DNA of 64,000 bases from Lama glama (Eukaryota). A program made the translations under genes and the position numbers. Numbering within the stretch: position 1 is the stretch's first letter; every line of letters starts with the position of its first letter. The DNA is taken from NCBI GenBank assembly GCA_028534125.1, contig CM052840.1, positions 8,060,001-8,124,000 of the forward strand, written 5' to 3'. Of the stretch, positions 24,563 to 37,394 are shown in pieces. The notes beneath the pieces were generated by a model. It had not been told where the DNA came from. It did no database searches and was given only the letters and a program-made list of their open reading frames with translations.

Positions 24563-27500
24563 AGGGAAGCGGCTCTTTTTTCCCCCCCTTTTCCACCAGT
24601 AATAGGCAGCTGGAACGTTAAAATTGGGCTGAGACTCCAAAACCAAAGTCCCATGAACCACAGAAGCAAAGAGACTTGAAAGACAGGATCTGATCTTCCT
24701 TTCTGTCGCCTTCATCGTGTTCATTGGAAAGACGAGTATGCGCATGTGTGGGTGCATTAAAGAATCTATCCAGGAAACAACGGGATAAAAATCTAGCCCA
24801 AGAAAGACTTTGGTTTCTCAAGCTCAGGAAGGTGATCTGGGTTCTGGAATCTCAGGCTCTGGCCATGCCCAGAAGGGAAAACAAAAAGACAACTGGCTTG
24901 TGGGCCATCAGAAGGCCAGGTAGGGCCCTTGTGAAGGCAGCGTGTCCCAAGTCAGCCCAGCTGGGTTTTAAAGTTGCTCTGTGATTCCTTGCTGCATGTG
25001 GAGCTAGTTTCTTCCTGTAGCCTCCTATCCATGTCAAAGATGTGCGATTCACCAAGACCTGCCGGGGAGAAGATTTTGGTTAAAAGAATTTCCTACCAAA
25101 CAAAGTCTGTCAAAATGTTCTAATCTTTGCTCCCTTGTCCCCGTTCCCATCACTCATATCCCTATTACCTTTTGTCATGAATAATAGAAAACAAAATGAG
25201 ATGGGAGCAAAGGGGAAGAAATCTATTTGTAACTTGTATTTCCCTTGCACTTTCTTACCTTCTGTACTCTAGAAGAACAAGAAAGAGGGGATCTAAAAAT
25301 CTACCCCCAAAAATGTGAGGTTCTGAAATTATACACTATCTTTGGAAAATGGCCACATAGAATGGGTATTGATCTTATGTATAACTGAGGGAAAGCCAAA
25401 GAGGGAAACGAAGTGCTGAAAAGTGGTGGTAACATAATTTATTACCGATTTTTTCGTATGTCATATCCTAAGACTTATGGACCTCTCTGTTCCTCATACT
25501 TTGAGAGATATCGAATAAATAATTCAGTAAAACCTCCTAAAAAGGAAAAAGAATGGAGATGATTAAAATAGACTGTAATGAGTTACTTTCCTTAAAGCAA
25601 TGAGATATTGTCAAAACAAGGAGCCCACGGCATGGTAAGCTCACAGGGCACATCACTGACAGTTTCTTCCCCATGATTCTAGGGTAATTTATGGTAAATT
25701 GGTCATGTCAGAAATGTCTCATTGAAGGGTTTAATTGTTGCATACGGTTTTCAAAAAGTATAGCTTGTAGACAGATTCAGCCAAATATCAGGGGGTGGGG
25801 TTCGGGCACATGAATTTGACAATGAAAATCCTCAGGCTGTTCCAATGTACACCAAAAGGTGAAAACCAGTGACTTGGCCTGCGTACAAAGTAAAGGCTTT
25901 AAATAATGAATCAGGTGTGATTGCTTGAGCACGTGGTTGACATTTCGGGTTCCTTTTCCTAGTAACAGGAATGAATCTGTGTTTTCACCTGGTTGCTCTT
26001 CACGGCGTGGCATTTGCTCAAGGTGGTAGAACTGAGAAAAGGAAAGCTAGTTGTCCTGTAACTGGAGGTCGATGCCCTGCTAGCAGCACAGAGATCATAC
26101 TGCCTGGACTTCCCAAACAAAGCAAGCACCGTATAGCCTGCCTTGTGTTTTAAGGCTTTCTGGATCAGACAGAACTCTTATTATTAGAGGCAATGTTTAT
26201 TACTGTTTTCATGAGATACTGTAACTGAAGTCAGGATATCTTTCTTAGATGGTGTAGTATGTACATCCACTGAGCATTTTTATGTTCCAGTCCGACATCG
26301 TTGTCAGGATAGTTTCTGATTCTTTAATTAACTGAGTATAGATGACTTGTGTTTTCAAGGTGGTTATTCATCTGATTTTGCAAAGTCATCTTCTGCCCTG
26401 GCTGGTGACATCGCAGAGTGCATAAGACAAGCAGTAATCGTTGTGGCAGGATAAAATTCAATGGATTAATGTTTAAAGTAATTAATTTGATTAGACACAA
26501 TATGCCCTGTTCACTCACAGATGGACTGTAATTAGTCAAGAAGCATTTACCTCTAGAAGATCATGCAAGACATACAAGTACAGACAGGATGCAATGTTAA
26601 TTTTGTTCTTTACGTTAAAGAGTTTCGTGTGCTCTTTACCTAGATATTTCCTTGGTCCAGTGACTTAAGTCTGTCCAGTTCTTTCTTATAAGTCCTTATT
26701 TGTCAACCTATTAAATACATTGATATTCAGAGCTTTATTAAAAAGTCTCAATTCATTCATACTGTGATTTAACCTAGTAATAAAGCATTGAAATAAACGC
26801 ATATGCCCAGATTCATACCATACTGTAACTGTTAAGATGCCTTAGAGAGCTTCTACTGTAAACCTTTCCATTAACAAGTGAGAAAACTAAGTTACAGAGA
26901 GGTGAGACACTCAGATGGCTCAGCTTGGATAAGAATCAAGTCTCCTGATTCCTGGTCCAGTGTTTTGCCCACTAAATCATGCTGCCCTAGTAGTTACTAG
27001 TTGACAAGGTTCAGACTAATTAAGAAATGCGAGATACTGACTTTTGCCTCAGAAATCTGATTCACCAGCATATAACCAATCTAAGATGTGAGCAGACGGG
27101 GAAGAACCCACAAAGAGGTAATAAATCACAAGGGATGAAGATTGATCCGCAAACTATATGAAGGAGAAAACTCTAGAGATGGCTAAAAGCCTAGCCAGTC
27201 ATGATTTACTTACATGTAGAGAGGTGGGAATAACTCCAGCTATAAATGCCCTCACTGATAAAATATTTAGACAGAAAGCTTTTCATTTCTACATACTTTG
27301 GATGAGATTGTATCTGAATCAAAATATAAAAATTCACTTTCAGTAGTAACATAGGAGATTTCTGTCTTAGTTCGGTCCAACTCCATAAGAGTACTAGGCC
27401 TACAGTATTATAGGCCTACTGTATACCACAGTATACAGTGTACTTCATACCACATCTAATGCATGATGTCCACCACTAGAAAATTATTCCTGAGATTTTC

Positions 27501-27599
27501 AAAGTGTCAAATAAGATTTACAAACTTCAAAATAGTTTAGTAAGGATGGAAAATTATGTTAGCAATCCTTGTGTTGCCACTGATTTATATCACATTTAA

Positions 27600-30550
27600 A
27601 TTTCATATTTATCAAAGTTATATATACATATAATCTTTCAAATAGTTCAAAGCCTTATTTAAAAAAAAAAGAAAAGTCCCCTGACCCCAGAACTGGTATC
27701 CAGAGGCAGCCTCTCTCAAGTCTTTTAGCTAATATATGTTAATATCATCTTTCAATAACATGTTAACTTGTATGTCATGAATTTTCAAAATTAGGCATAA
27801 ACAATTGTCCTCTTACCATAAAAATTCAGAGTTTAGCTTTTCTTCAACATTGTTGCATCCGTTGCCACCGTACACATCATCATATGTATCGTATATATAC
27901 ATATATATGATGTGTGTATATACATATATATATATATACTTCCTTCCCCTATTCCTCCAGGATAGTTACACCTTAACTTTTGATTAGTTTATATTCAGTG
28001 TTTATAACATTATTACTATGCTTACCCTAATCATAGATGAGCTCCTGTATTATATAATTTTTTTCTCACATTTTAACATCTCTGAAGTCTGGACTTTCAT
28101 ATATGGTTAGCCAGACAGCTGTTGCAATATAGTTGTCATTGCATTTGCACAAGTTTGGTCAAAGCTATTGACACGATAGGCACTACACGTGTTGAGGCTC
28201 ACTGCCATGCAAAACGTCTTCAGAAAGATTACACTGTGAATTGACATTAAAACAAAAGTTATTTTGTACATAGAGGCAAAAAAAAAAAGCCCAGAGTAGT
28301 GGAGCATAAATTTATTATTAGCAAAGCAAATATTTGTCATTAGAGGAGTGACAGAAATTCAATATTTTCTTGCAAAACATAACCAAGTACTTTGTGTAGA
28401 CCTAAGAAAACAGATGCCTACAAGTAGAAACAGCATGTCATACTGGTTAATAAGAATATGAAAAGGCCCCTTATCACAGCAATGCAATTGAAGACAGGAA
28501 AATATATCAATCCCTCCATACAGAAGAAATTTCAAAGCAACAGAGACTAATGTCATTGATTTATACATCACACAGGAGTAACATTAAGTAATTGTATCAT
28601 CATTTGATTGTAGAGATTCTTCTTTCTTAGTGGTCTAAAATACTGGTGCATTTTATAATTGATAGCACCTTAGAATCAACAGAATGTGGAATGTAGTATA
28701 CTAGGATTGTATTTAATTTTTTGAACATTTTGTGTTCTGGGAGTTACTATTCTTTTCATTTGTATTATTTCCTAAATGTTTATCACAAATGCATCCACAA
28801 ATTGTTCTCTAAAAGTATAAATCTCTGAAAGAAGTCAAGATCAGGAATATACCCCGTTTCATCTGATCAGTTCCAATCTGAACTGGGTGCTCTGTATGTC
28901 TACTGCACAGCTGATGTCATATGATCCTCCGTCACTAGCATCCTAGGAAACTTCTTTCTCCTTGTGCATGTGTCCTAGTCACCAAACCATTCCTCTTGAT
29001 TTATTTCCTTTGTTTTGGCACACCACATCCCCTAGTTAGTTCTGGGGAAAGGATTCATAAAAGTGATATTTTTTTGAGACCTTGCATATCAGACAATATC
29101 TTTACTCTGAATGATAGTTTGGCAGGATATAAAATTCCAGGTTGGAAATCATTTATCCTCAGAATTTTTATAACTTTATTTCATTCTCTTTTAACTTCCA
29201 TTGTTGTTATTCATAGTGCAAATGGCATTCTCACGTTCTATGTATGTGACTTGGTCCCCACCTTCCACTCCTTCTGGAAGCTTTATGACTTTCTCTTTAT
29301 CTCCAATGCACTTAAACTCTGTGGTGATCTCTCATAATGTAGCTAGACCTAGTTTCCTCCATGATGCTAGGCTCTTGGTGGGTTCATTTAATTAGTAATA
29401 GTAATGTCATGAGTTGTTTCTCTGCTGATTTCCATTCCTTAAGTCTTGTTTATTTTCTCTTCCTGCAACTCCCATTATTTAAATATAAAAGTTCCTAGAC
29501 TGATATTCTTAATTTTGAAAAAGTTTTTCTATCTCTTATCTTTGTCAAATTGTTCTGCTTTATTGGAACTTCCACTAGTTTGTCTTTCTCCTTTACTTTT
29601 TAATTTCTGTAATCATATTTCTAATTTCAAGGAGTCTTTTATAATTTCTGAATGTTCTTTTTTATAGCATCATGTTCTTGTTTTATGGGTATAATAACGT
29701 CTTATATTTCTGAGGCTAATTTTTCTCCTCACAATTTTCTTCCCTACATCTTGTCTCTATTTCCTCAAAATTTCCTTTTTAGTTATTTGCTCTGTCTTTC
29801 CTGTTAGAGGTTTACCTCAAATGTATAGTAATCTGCTCATATTTTTAAATAGAGAACTAAAAAAAGCTAATTGGAAGTTGTAAGGGAGTGAGGCTTCATG
29901 AATGATGGACTTTAATATAATTTTGTTTGGCCTTTTAATTACTGGATACTTGGCTGCCAGTACTTTTAAGTCTATTTTTTTGGGCTAGTCAGAGTCTTCA
30001 GAGAAGGGACATCCCATCTCCTGACAGGCTTTTGGCATTTTGGAAGCTAGGTGAAAGAATAAAGTCAAGATTCTCCCATTTTTATGATCATTCTAATTAT
30101 CTTGTTTTTAGAGGTTACCCCTACCCTCAGCTGTGCTGGTGTCCTCCAGGCCAGAGATCTCTGGTTCAACTCTTGGGAAAATAACTGTGTTCTCTTTATA
30201 TCATGATGTGGAGAAGTGGGGCAATTGCCAGTGTACGAATGCTGACCTGGGGCTTAACCGATTCTTTCATAGCCTTGCAAACAGTTTTGTTTTCAGCCCC
30301 ACCTACACCTGCACTTTCAAAGATACCTTGTACTGCCAGCTCCCGGGCCTTTTGCTGTTTAGAAATTCAAATCAGCTTGCTTCTGCACATTTTCCACTGC
30401 AGACTTTCAGTTTTCATGGTCCAGTTCTTGTCCATTGCCTTTCCCCCTCCCAACACTGTGTTGTTCTTACCTGCTCTCATGTACTTTTTGTCCTTGACGA
30501 CTTTTGCCTTTATAAACACCTTTACTTTCATTTTAGTATGATTTTATGAA
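27600..30550 (-). mobile_element. HAL1 (half-L1) element, long copy, interrupted by Kanga
   Basis: Reverse complement of ORF1 motifs (GATAGTTTGGCAGGATATAAAATTCCAGGTTGGAAATCATTTATCCTCAGAATTTT) and of the HAL1 segment shared with 5260-5320. Confidence 0.75.
28044..28689 (+). mobile_element. Kanga1/MER104-type Tc2 (TcMar) DNA transposon, internally deleted, with transposase N-terminal relic
   Basis: Left end CACATTTTAACATCTCTGAA; right end TTTCTTAGTGGT...CTTAGAATCAACAGAATGTGG; internal decayed frames SSERLHCELTLKQK / HKFIISKANICH*RSDRNSIFSCK / AMQLKTG / FKAT resemble the paired HTH DNA-binding region of pogo/Tc2 transposases. Confidence 0.75.
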
Positions 30551-31129
30551 CGGGCTGTGGGAATCACATATGTTCAATTCATCAGCTAGTTGAATCCCCC
30601 TCTCGCTCATTAAACTGTGACATAAAGGTGAGGTCTTCCTCCGAATCACCCATGTAATGGAACTTGAAGGCGTTAGAAATGAGCTTCTTTCATAAAAATG
30701 TGTTAAACAACAGCCGTGACAGAGAGGTGCTCATACAGAAATGTTTGTGGTCGTGCTGCTCTATATCTGCTCCAGTAACAGTAAAAAAAAAAGACATTGT
30801 CTACAGATGCAACAGGCCATTAACTGTTTATATCGACTAACAGATGCATAAAAGTAAAGTTTTCCCTCTTGTTTATGTCTCCTGAGTGTCAGTGAAATTT
30901 TTTTGTAACTAGATATAGTTGGTTTTCTGTCACTACCAAATGCAGAAAGGCCCTGAGCGAGGAAGATATAGTCAGAAGGCTCAGAAGCTGAGTCCCATCA
31001 CTAAATCGAAGTGGCATGTCAGCAGAGTCTGGGTGGCTTGGATGATTCGGGCCCGAGGATTTTCTGTGATGACTGTCTCCCCGACAGCAAGCCTCTCCCC
31101 CTCTGCTGTGTAGCAGCCACGTGCTTCGC

Positions 31130-31580
31130 CGGGCACTGGCCCCACTGACATCTCCAAAGGTGTAAGCAAGTCAAGGGAATCCGATCCCTGGGTCACTGAG
31201 TGACCCCAGGCCTTCAGACCGTTTGCACATGGCATTCTACTGACCACAGGATTGGCACAAAGCTCAGGTTACTTGCCTGATAACTGAAGAAGGCGTTCCT
31301 TCTCCTCGGGCATTTTCGAGAAAGCAAATAGTCTGGCTATTTTGGCAGCCTCTCCAGGCCTACAAAGAAAGCCAGCTTTGGGTTGATGACAACACATTGG
31401 ATGGCAGAGCAGAGAGGACAAAAAAAAAAAACCCAAAACAAAAAACCAGCATTAGGTTCTTGATAAACAAGCCCAGAAGCCTGACTACCTCCATATTTTC
31501 TATTATAGATGGGTCAATAAATTCCCTTATTTTTAAAGCTGGGTTAATTTGGGTTTTTCCTTACTGATAAATCTTATCAC
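31130..31580 (+). mobile_element. Old MLT1 (J/K-like) LTR
   Basis: GGATGGCAGAGCAGAGAG...CCAGAAGCCTGACTACCTC...CAATAAATTCCCTTATTTTTAAAGCTGGGTT...TTTTCCTTACT; 5' boundary uncertain. Confidence 0.6.
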
Positions 31581-31805
31581 ATGCCTGTATTTTCTAGATT
31601 GCCTAACCACCATGATACAGTTCATTATGAAAAAAAAAAAGTCCACATTTACCCAATTAACTGTAAAAGAGTGTTAAAATGGTTCTGACATTTAAATTCA
31701 AATCTTGACAAAATGCATTTATGGGATGGGTTTATTTGCAGCTGAGTGAACTCCTTATCTTCATGAATTGTCTTTGTTAGATAAAACAACACATATATTT
31801 ACATT

Positions 31806-31887
31806 CTTTTTTTTAGAGCAGTTTCAGGTTCATAGCAGAATTGAGCAGAAAATACAGAGAGTTTGCACACAGCCCTCCCCACCCACT
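31806..31887 (-). mobile_element. Short L1-type 3' end (L1MC-like tail), copy 1
   Basis: T-run then TAGAGCAGTTTCAGGTTCATAGCAGAATTGAGCAGAAAATACAGAGAGTT; possible decayed TSD ACATATATTTACATT / ACATATCTTTATCTT. Confidence 0.8.
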
Positions 31888-32409
31888 ACATATCTTTATC
31901 TTTGCCTGGAGACAGTGTTTCCTTCTCTCTCTCTCTCGTTCCTTGATTACTAGTAGTTCTGCTTGACCAAAACTTTTCAAAGCCACTCACTCTATCTCCA
32001 AAATGAGAACTGTCAGATCATCAGTGTCAGAAAATAAGGAGACGATAATCATAGCCCAACAAAACGTTTTATTTAAATTCAGAATATAAATCCAGATGAG
32101 GATTATTCTATCTAGAGAATCACTTGAAAGCATTTCTGAATTTTGCTGTCCTAATATTATTGATTAAATAACACCAGGATAAAGCAGCTCAAATGGTAGC
32201 TGCCCTGGTGTCTGAATAATGCAGATATTTATAGAAAATCAAACCAGGTAATTGAGGAAAATTAATATACTTTGCAAATTTAATTATTTGATGGGATATC
32301 TTCAGTAATGTAAGTAACTGTCAATTTTCCCCTTTATGTTACGCAGTAATGATTTTCTAAACAAACCAAGAAAAAGAACAACTATAAACACATTAAACAG
32401 AATAATGCC

Positions 32410-33505
32410 AAGGGCAGTCCTTAATGTTTTTCTCTCCTCTATCCACACTCACTGCCTTGGTGATCCTACCCAGGCTCATGACTTTAAATGCCATCTGTAC
32501 ACCAATTATGACCAGTTTTAAATCTCCACCCCTGACCTCTCTCCAGCCACACAACATCTATCTCCAACTTGCTTTCTGACATCTCCATCTGGACGGCTAA
32601 TAGTTTAAACTCAGTCTGTCCAAGACTCAGACCCGTGCTTTTCCTGCTCAAAAATCTGTTTGACTGAGTCTTCCCTGTCTCAGGGGAAGACAACTTCATT
32701 TTTCCAGTTGCTCAGGAGAGAACATTGAGTCACCCTTGACTCAGCTCTTTCTCTCAAATGCCACATCCAATTTGTCAGTAAATCTTTCCTGTTGGTTCTC
32801 CCATCAAAACATATACAAAATCTGATCACATCTCTCCAACACCAATTCTACTGGTCTCTGATGAGTCACTGTCACCTCTTGCTTGGATCCTTGCAATAGC
32901 CGCCCAACTAGGGGCCCTGCTCCCACCTTTGTCTCCTTAGAAGATAGATCTTTCTGAATGTTAATTCACGTCACGTCACTTCTGTGCTCAAAACCATTCC
33001 ATGGCTTCCTATTTTCCCTCAGCATGGAAACCAGAACCTTCCTAATGACCTCTGTGAACACCCCTTTGTTTCCTCTCTGACTTCACATCCATCTACGCAT
33101 TCCCCCTTGTTCACTCAGCTCCAGCCACACTGGGCTCGCCCTAACCTTAAGGTGACCTTTCTTCCCTGTTCTCTTCCACTTTCCTTACAGATCATCGTGA
33201 GGTCATATTTGAATGACAGCCACCCTGGGGATCCTATTTAAAATCACAAACCCTCTTCTCTGCAACCACCTGTTCCAATTTCCTGCCACACTGTTCTATT
33301 TTTCTACTTTTCCTTGGCCATGATCACTTTCTAACATTCTCTGCACTTTACTTAATGACCACATTTATTGTCTCTCTCTCCTGCCAGAAGATAAGCATCA
33401 TGCATTTAGGGATCTTGGTTTTTCCACTTGTGTATCTCAAACATCTTGATCAGTCCCTGGAACACAGTAAGCATTGAATACATAATTCCTGAACAAATGA
33501 GTAAG
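32410..33505 (+). mobile_element. L2a LINE 3' portion
   Basis: CACTCACTGCCTTGGTGATCCTACCCAGGCTCATGACTTTAAATGCCATCTGTA...CCAGTTGCTCAGG...CTGGAACACAGTAAGCATTGAATACATA terminus. Confidence 0.88.
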
Positions 33506-33874
33506 AAAGCTGGACTACTATACATGCCTTATTTGTTGATGACAAAAGTGGAATAATTCTAAGACTGAAATCAGAGCTTTTTTAGTTTTATAAAGGGCTT
33601 TACAATTTGCTTTATTTATTTTCCATTGGATAGAAACATGAATTTTTTTTGAAAATACATACTGATGCATGTAATACCTAGGACTGATGAGATTCATTGA
33701 TAAATAAGCTTTAACATCTCATACACCCACACATAACACATATCTACAGATTTCAAAGCTTGCCTATGGGTTCCAACCCCAGCATACTTCTCATGTGTCC
33801 TAACTCAAGGCAGTCCAGGCAGATACATTGGTTATACCCTTGGCTGGCTCTTATCTTGAGATGAAGTTTATTTC

Positions 33875-34480
33875 TCTAATTTTTACTCCAAAAATTCTAA
33901 ACCTACAAAAGATGTTTTAAAAATAGTATAATGAACATCACATGCCCCTTTACCTAGAGTTGCCAGTTTCTAACATTTGGCCATATCTGCTTGCTTTCTT
34001 TCTCATGTATATTTTAATTTTTTTCCCTGAATTGTTTGATAGCAATTGGCTGATATCATGACATTTTACTCCTAAATACTTCGTCAAGTATCACTTAAGA
34101 ACAAGGGCATATTCCTATATCGACACAGTAAATTAATCATACTTGAGAAATTTAACACTAATGTAATGTGATTACTCAATATAGTCCATATTGAAGTTTC
34201 CTCGATTTCCCAATAATGTTGTTTGTTGTCTTGTTTTTTATATTTAGGAGGTAATGGTGGACTATGCGTTATATTTAGTTACCATATCTCTAAGATAGTT
34301 CCTCCTCCCTGTTTCCTTCCTCCTCCCCCTCCTTCCCGGCCCCCTCCTCCTCCTCCTCCTTCCCCGCCCCCTCCTCCTCCTCTTCCTCCTTTTTTGTCTG
34401 TCATGTCATTGATATTTTAAAAGTGTCCAGGCCAAACATTTCCTGACTATTAGATTCAGGTTAAAGATTTTTCAGCAAAA
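33875..34480 (-). mobile_element. Old L1 3'UTR (L1MC4/5-like) containing a (CCT)n low-complexity tract at 34301-34390
   Basis: AAACCTACAAAAG...AATAGTATAATGAACA...TACTCCTAAATACTTC...TAAGAACAAGGGCATATTCCTATA. Confidence 0.7.
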
Positions 34481-34529
34481 CCTCTCCCTTAAAATTAGGC
34501 TTTTAATGCCTTCTTTAACAGCTGTAAGA

Positions 34530-34780
34530 GTGGCAGTGTGATGAAGTGCTTACAAGCCTAGTTCACGCAGCCAGGCATACCGGGGTTTACATCCAGCTCT
34601 AGGACGCATGTACTGTGAGACGTATTTAATAGTCTTTTGCCTCAGGTCCTCTCTTTATTAGATGGGGATGATCATACTACTCATCTCACAGGGATGTTAT
34701 GTAGATTAAACAGCTTAGTATACGGGAAGCGCTTAAATAACACCTGGCATTCGGCAGATTCTGTGTTAGCTCTATTTATA
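34530..34780 (+). mobile_element. MIR SINE
   Basis: GGCAGTGTGATGAAGTG...TGCCTCAGGTCCTCT...ATGGGGATGATCATACTAC...GATTAAA...CACCTGGCA. Confidence 0.75.
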
Positions 34781-35020
34781 GTTTTCAAACAACCTTGACT
34801 GATTTCTATCTAGTGGCTGAGGTGGGGGGAACACAGAATAATTACCAAAGCCCTAGCTTAGTTTGAATTAAGTCCCATTATTGTTTCTGGATGTTCAGAG
34901 TGTTTTCATCTCGTCCCCTTTTGACAAATGGCATTTATTGGAGATTCAAAAAGGAGAGTAAGGGTGGCATCTGCGTGCGGTCCACGGGGAAGGGTCAGAG
35001 ATGAGCGGTCTTGATCTGAC

Positions 35021-35039
35021 TCGCCTCTAGAGGGCAGCA
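35021..35039 (+). promoter_or_regulatory. Candidate CTCF binding site
   Basis: TCGCCTCTAGAGGGCAGCA closely matches the CTCF core consensus CCASYAGRKGGCRS; sits in a non-repeat, locally CpG-rich patch. Confidence 0.6.
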
Positions 35040-35657
35040 GAGGCACGAGCGGCTCCTGGCTCCTTGCGCGTGAACCCGGTGAGCGAGTCACTCCGTAAAC
35101 CGGGTGGAAGGTCGGCTTTACTCAGCAGAGTAGAGAGCTGCGTGCGTCTTGGGAGATGAAGCAAATCACAAGTAATACCGGCGTATATTATCGCTTTGGT
35201 AAGTAAGCTAATCTTAGATATAACTGTTTCTGAAAACTAAACATACCGCACTCGTGTGACGTCTCATCCAAACCATGGTAACATGAAACTCGCTAGATCT
35301 GGTTCCAGCAATTTAATTCTTAGCAAGCAGCTGAGTGCTGAGAGTGACTCTGTGATATGACTGCTGCCGGTGCCAGCTCCCCGGGCGAAGGGAATGCCAT
35401 CCTCTCCAAGCAGAACAGAGCGCTCATCCCCGCCGCTGCCACCTCTTCTTACTTTTGCAAACAGGTTACAGGGGTTTTCTACTTCACAGCCTACTTCAAA
35501 GACCTCTGTAAATGTTTCTGACAGAATTCAAGTTTCCTCCTAGAGCTTAGCTGTTACCAAGTGTTGGCATAAAGGTCTAAAAATTTCTTAGCGCGTTCAA
35601 AATCAACTACATGTCATTATCAGCAACATTGTTAGTATATTCGCTACCTTTCAGGTG

Positions 35658-35908
35658 GGCAGTCCGGGGTAACGGGTAAGACCGTGCGATCTGAAAGCAG
35701 AGAACCTGGGCGTGAATCCCAGCTCCTCAACTAGCTCGCTGTGTGGACTTGACCTAGCTCGCTCTCTCTCAGTTTCCTCTTCTGTAAAATGGGGATGGTG
35801 ATAATACCTACTTCATAGGGTTGTTAGGTGAGTTTAAGGAGTTAACTTATGTAAAACTCTTCAAACAGCCCTTGACGTTTAATAAGCACCATAGAAGTGT
35901 TAGCTTTT
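35658..35908 (+). mobile_element. MIR SINE, near full length
   Basis: ACCTGGGCGTGAATCCCAGCTC...CTCAGTTTCCTCTTCTGTAAAATGGGGATGGTGATAATACCTACTTCATAGGGTTGTT. Confidence 0.9.
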
Positions 35909-37089
35909 ATGAGCCAGGGGCTTAGAATCTTTGGCAAGCATTCAAGCCTTCCCCTCCCCTCTCCCCTACCCCGCAATCACGGAGGCACGTCAGAAACTAG
36001 GAGTCAGTGCGTCCACAGAGCGTTACTCAGCACAGCTCCTGCAAAACAGGATTTCTCCCTTCACCCAAAATACACGGCTAGAAAACTGTAAAAGCTCCGC
36101 ATCTCCTAAACCTTCCCCTTTAAGTGCCCTTGATCCAGCTAGTCCCCTTCCATGGCTCTGCGTCATCTTTGGACCAGCGAGGTTCTAGCTGGTTTTCTTG
36201 ACGCAGATTGGGTTACCTCGTTTCTCTCTGGAACACCTGCTTTAGCACAGCCGTTCTCAACCTCTCGAGATTATTTAATTGGTCACCCACTGCTACGGAC
36301 AAGCTTTTCCCCCTCTTTTTACCAAGTGGAAACAGATGAACAAGTATTATATATACTCCCCATTTTAAGACAGAAAAATAGAGTGCATTTAGTAGAAATA
36401 AAATGAATTCCTTCAAAGTTTAAAAAAAGAATTTTAAAATGTTTCAGAAAACAGATGATGTTACACCAAAACCAAAAAAAAAAAAAAGCACCTTAGTGAT
36501 TTGGAGAGGAAAATAAACTTTAAAAAATAGGAGATTAAGAGCATGATGAATGTATAGAAAATCAGATCTGCATTTTAAATTGACACCATCTTATGTAAAA
36601 ACGGGATCTTTGTGAAATACGTCTTGTTAAGAAAGACTTGTGGAATCCCTTTTTACGTAATTCTCTGAGAACTGGGCAGGTCCCACTGGCTAGAGTGGTT
36701 TGGGAGCAGTACGTTTGAAGTATACCAATTGTCTAGTTTTTTTTAGTCCATTCTTTGAGCTTACTTTAGACTTGGGGGCTTGGGTATCTGAAGCTCACTT
36801 TCACAAATTATTGATGCTTGCTCAGAGATACTTCCAGCATTTCCAGAAACCCAAGAAAATCAAAATAGTTTATGCTCTACAGTCCATTGTGAAAACGGTA
36901 GAAAATTTTGATAATACCATAGCACCCTGTAAAGATACGACGTTTCCAGTGTAGCACAGTGGCTTAAACACATGGCATTTGGAATCAGACTGCAGGGTTT
37001 CACATCCCAGCTGTTCCACTTACAAGCTTTGAGCTCTTGGGCAAGACTCAGTGGTCTCCACTGATTGGCCTCATATGGAGATAATAGTA

Positions 37090-37386
37090 CAGACACACCT
37101 TGTTTTATCGTGCTTCACAGATACTGTGTTTTTTTACAAACTGAAGGTTTGTGGCAACCCTTCGTCAAGCAAGTCTACTGGTGCCATTGTCCAACAGCAT
37201 TATATTTTAATTACAGTATGTACAATTTTTTTTTAAGACATAACGCTTTTGCAGCTTTAGGAGACTACAGTATAGCATAAAATATGCACTGGGAGATGAC
37301 AACATTTGTGTGACTCACTTTATTGCTATGTGCGCTCTATTGCGGGGGTCTGGAACCAAACCTGCAACATCCCTGAGGCACGCCTG
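37090..37386 (+). mobile_element. Tigger1-derived internally deleted DNA transposon
   Basis: TIRs CAGACACACCT / AGGCACGCCTG, TA duplication at 37088-89 and 37387-88, Tigger1 subterminal TTTTACAAACTGAAGGTTTGTGGCAACCC. Confidence 0.9.
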
Positions 37387-37394
37387 TACCTACC

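Noticed and set aside
24111-24757. Long ORFs containing X runs (also at 3346, 18316 and 54593-55176)
   Set aside because: Artefacts of reading through assembly gaps.
34223-34420. Poly-Pro ORF
   Set aside because: Translation of a (CCT)n tract inside an old L1.
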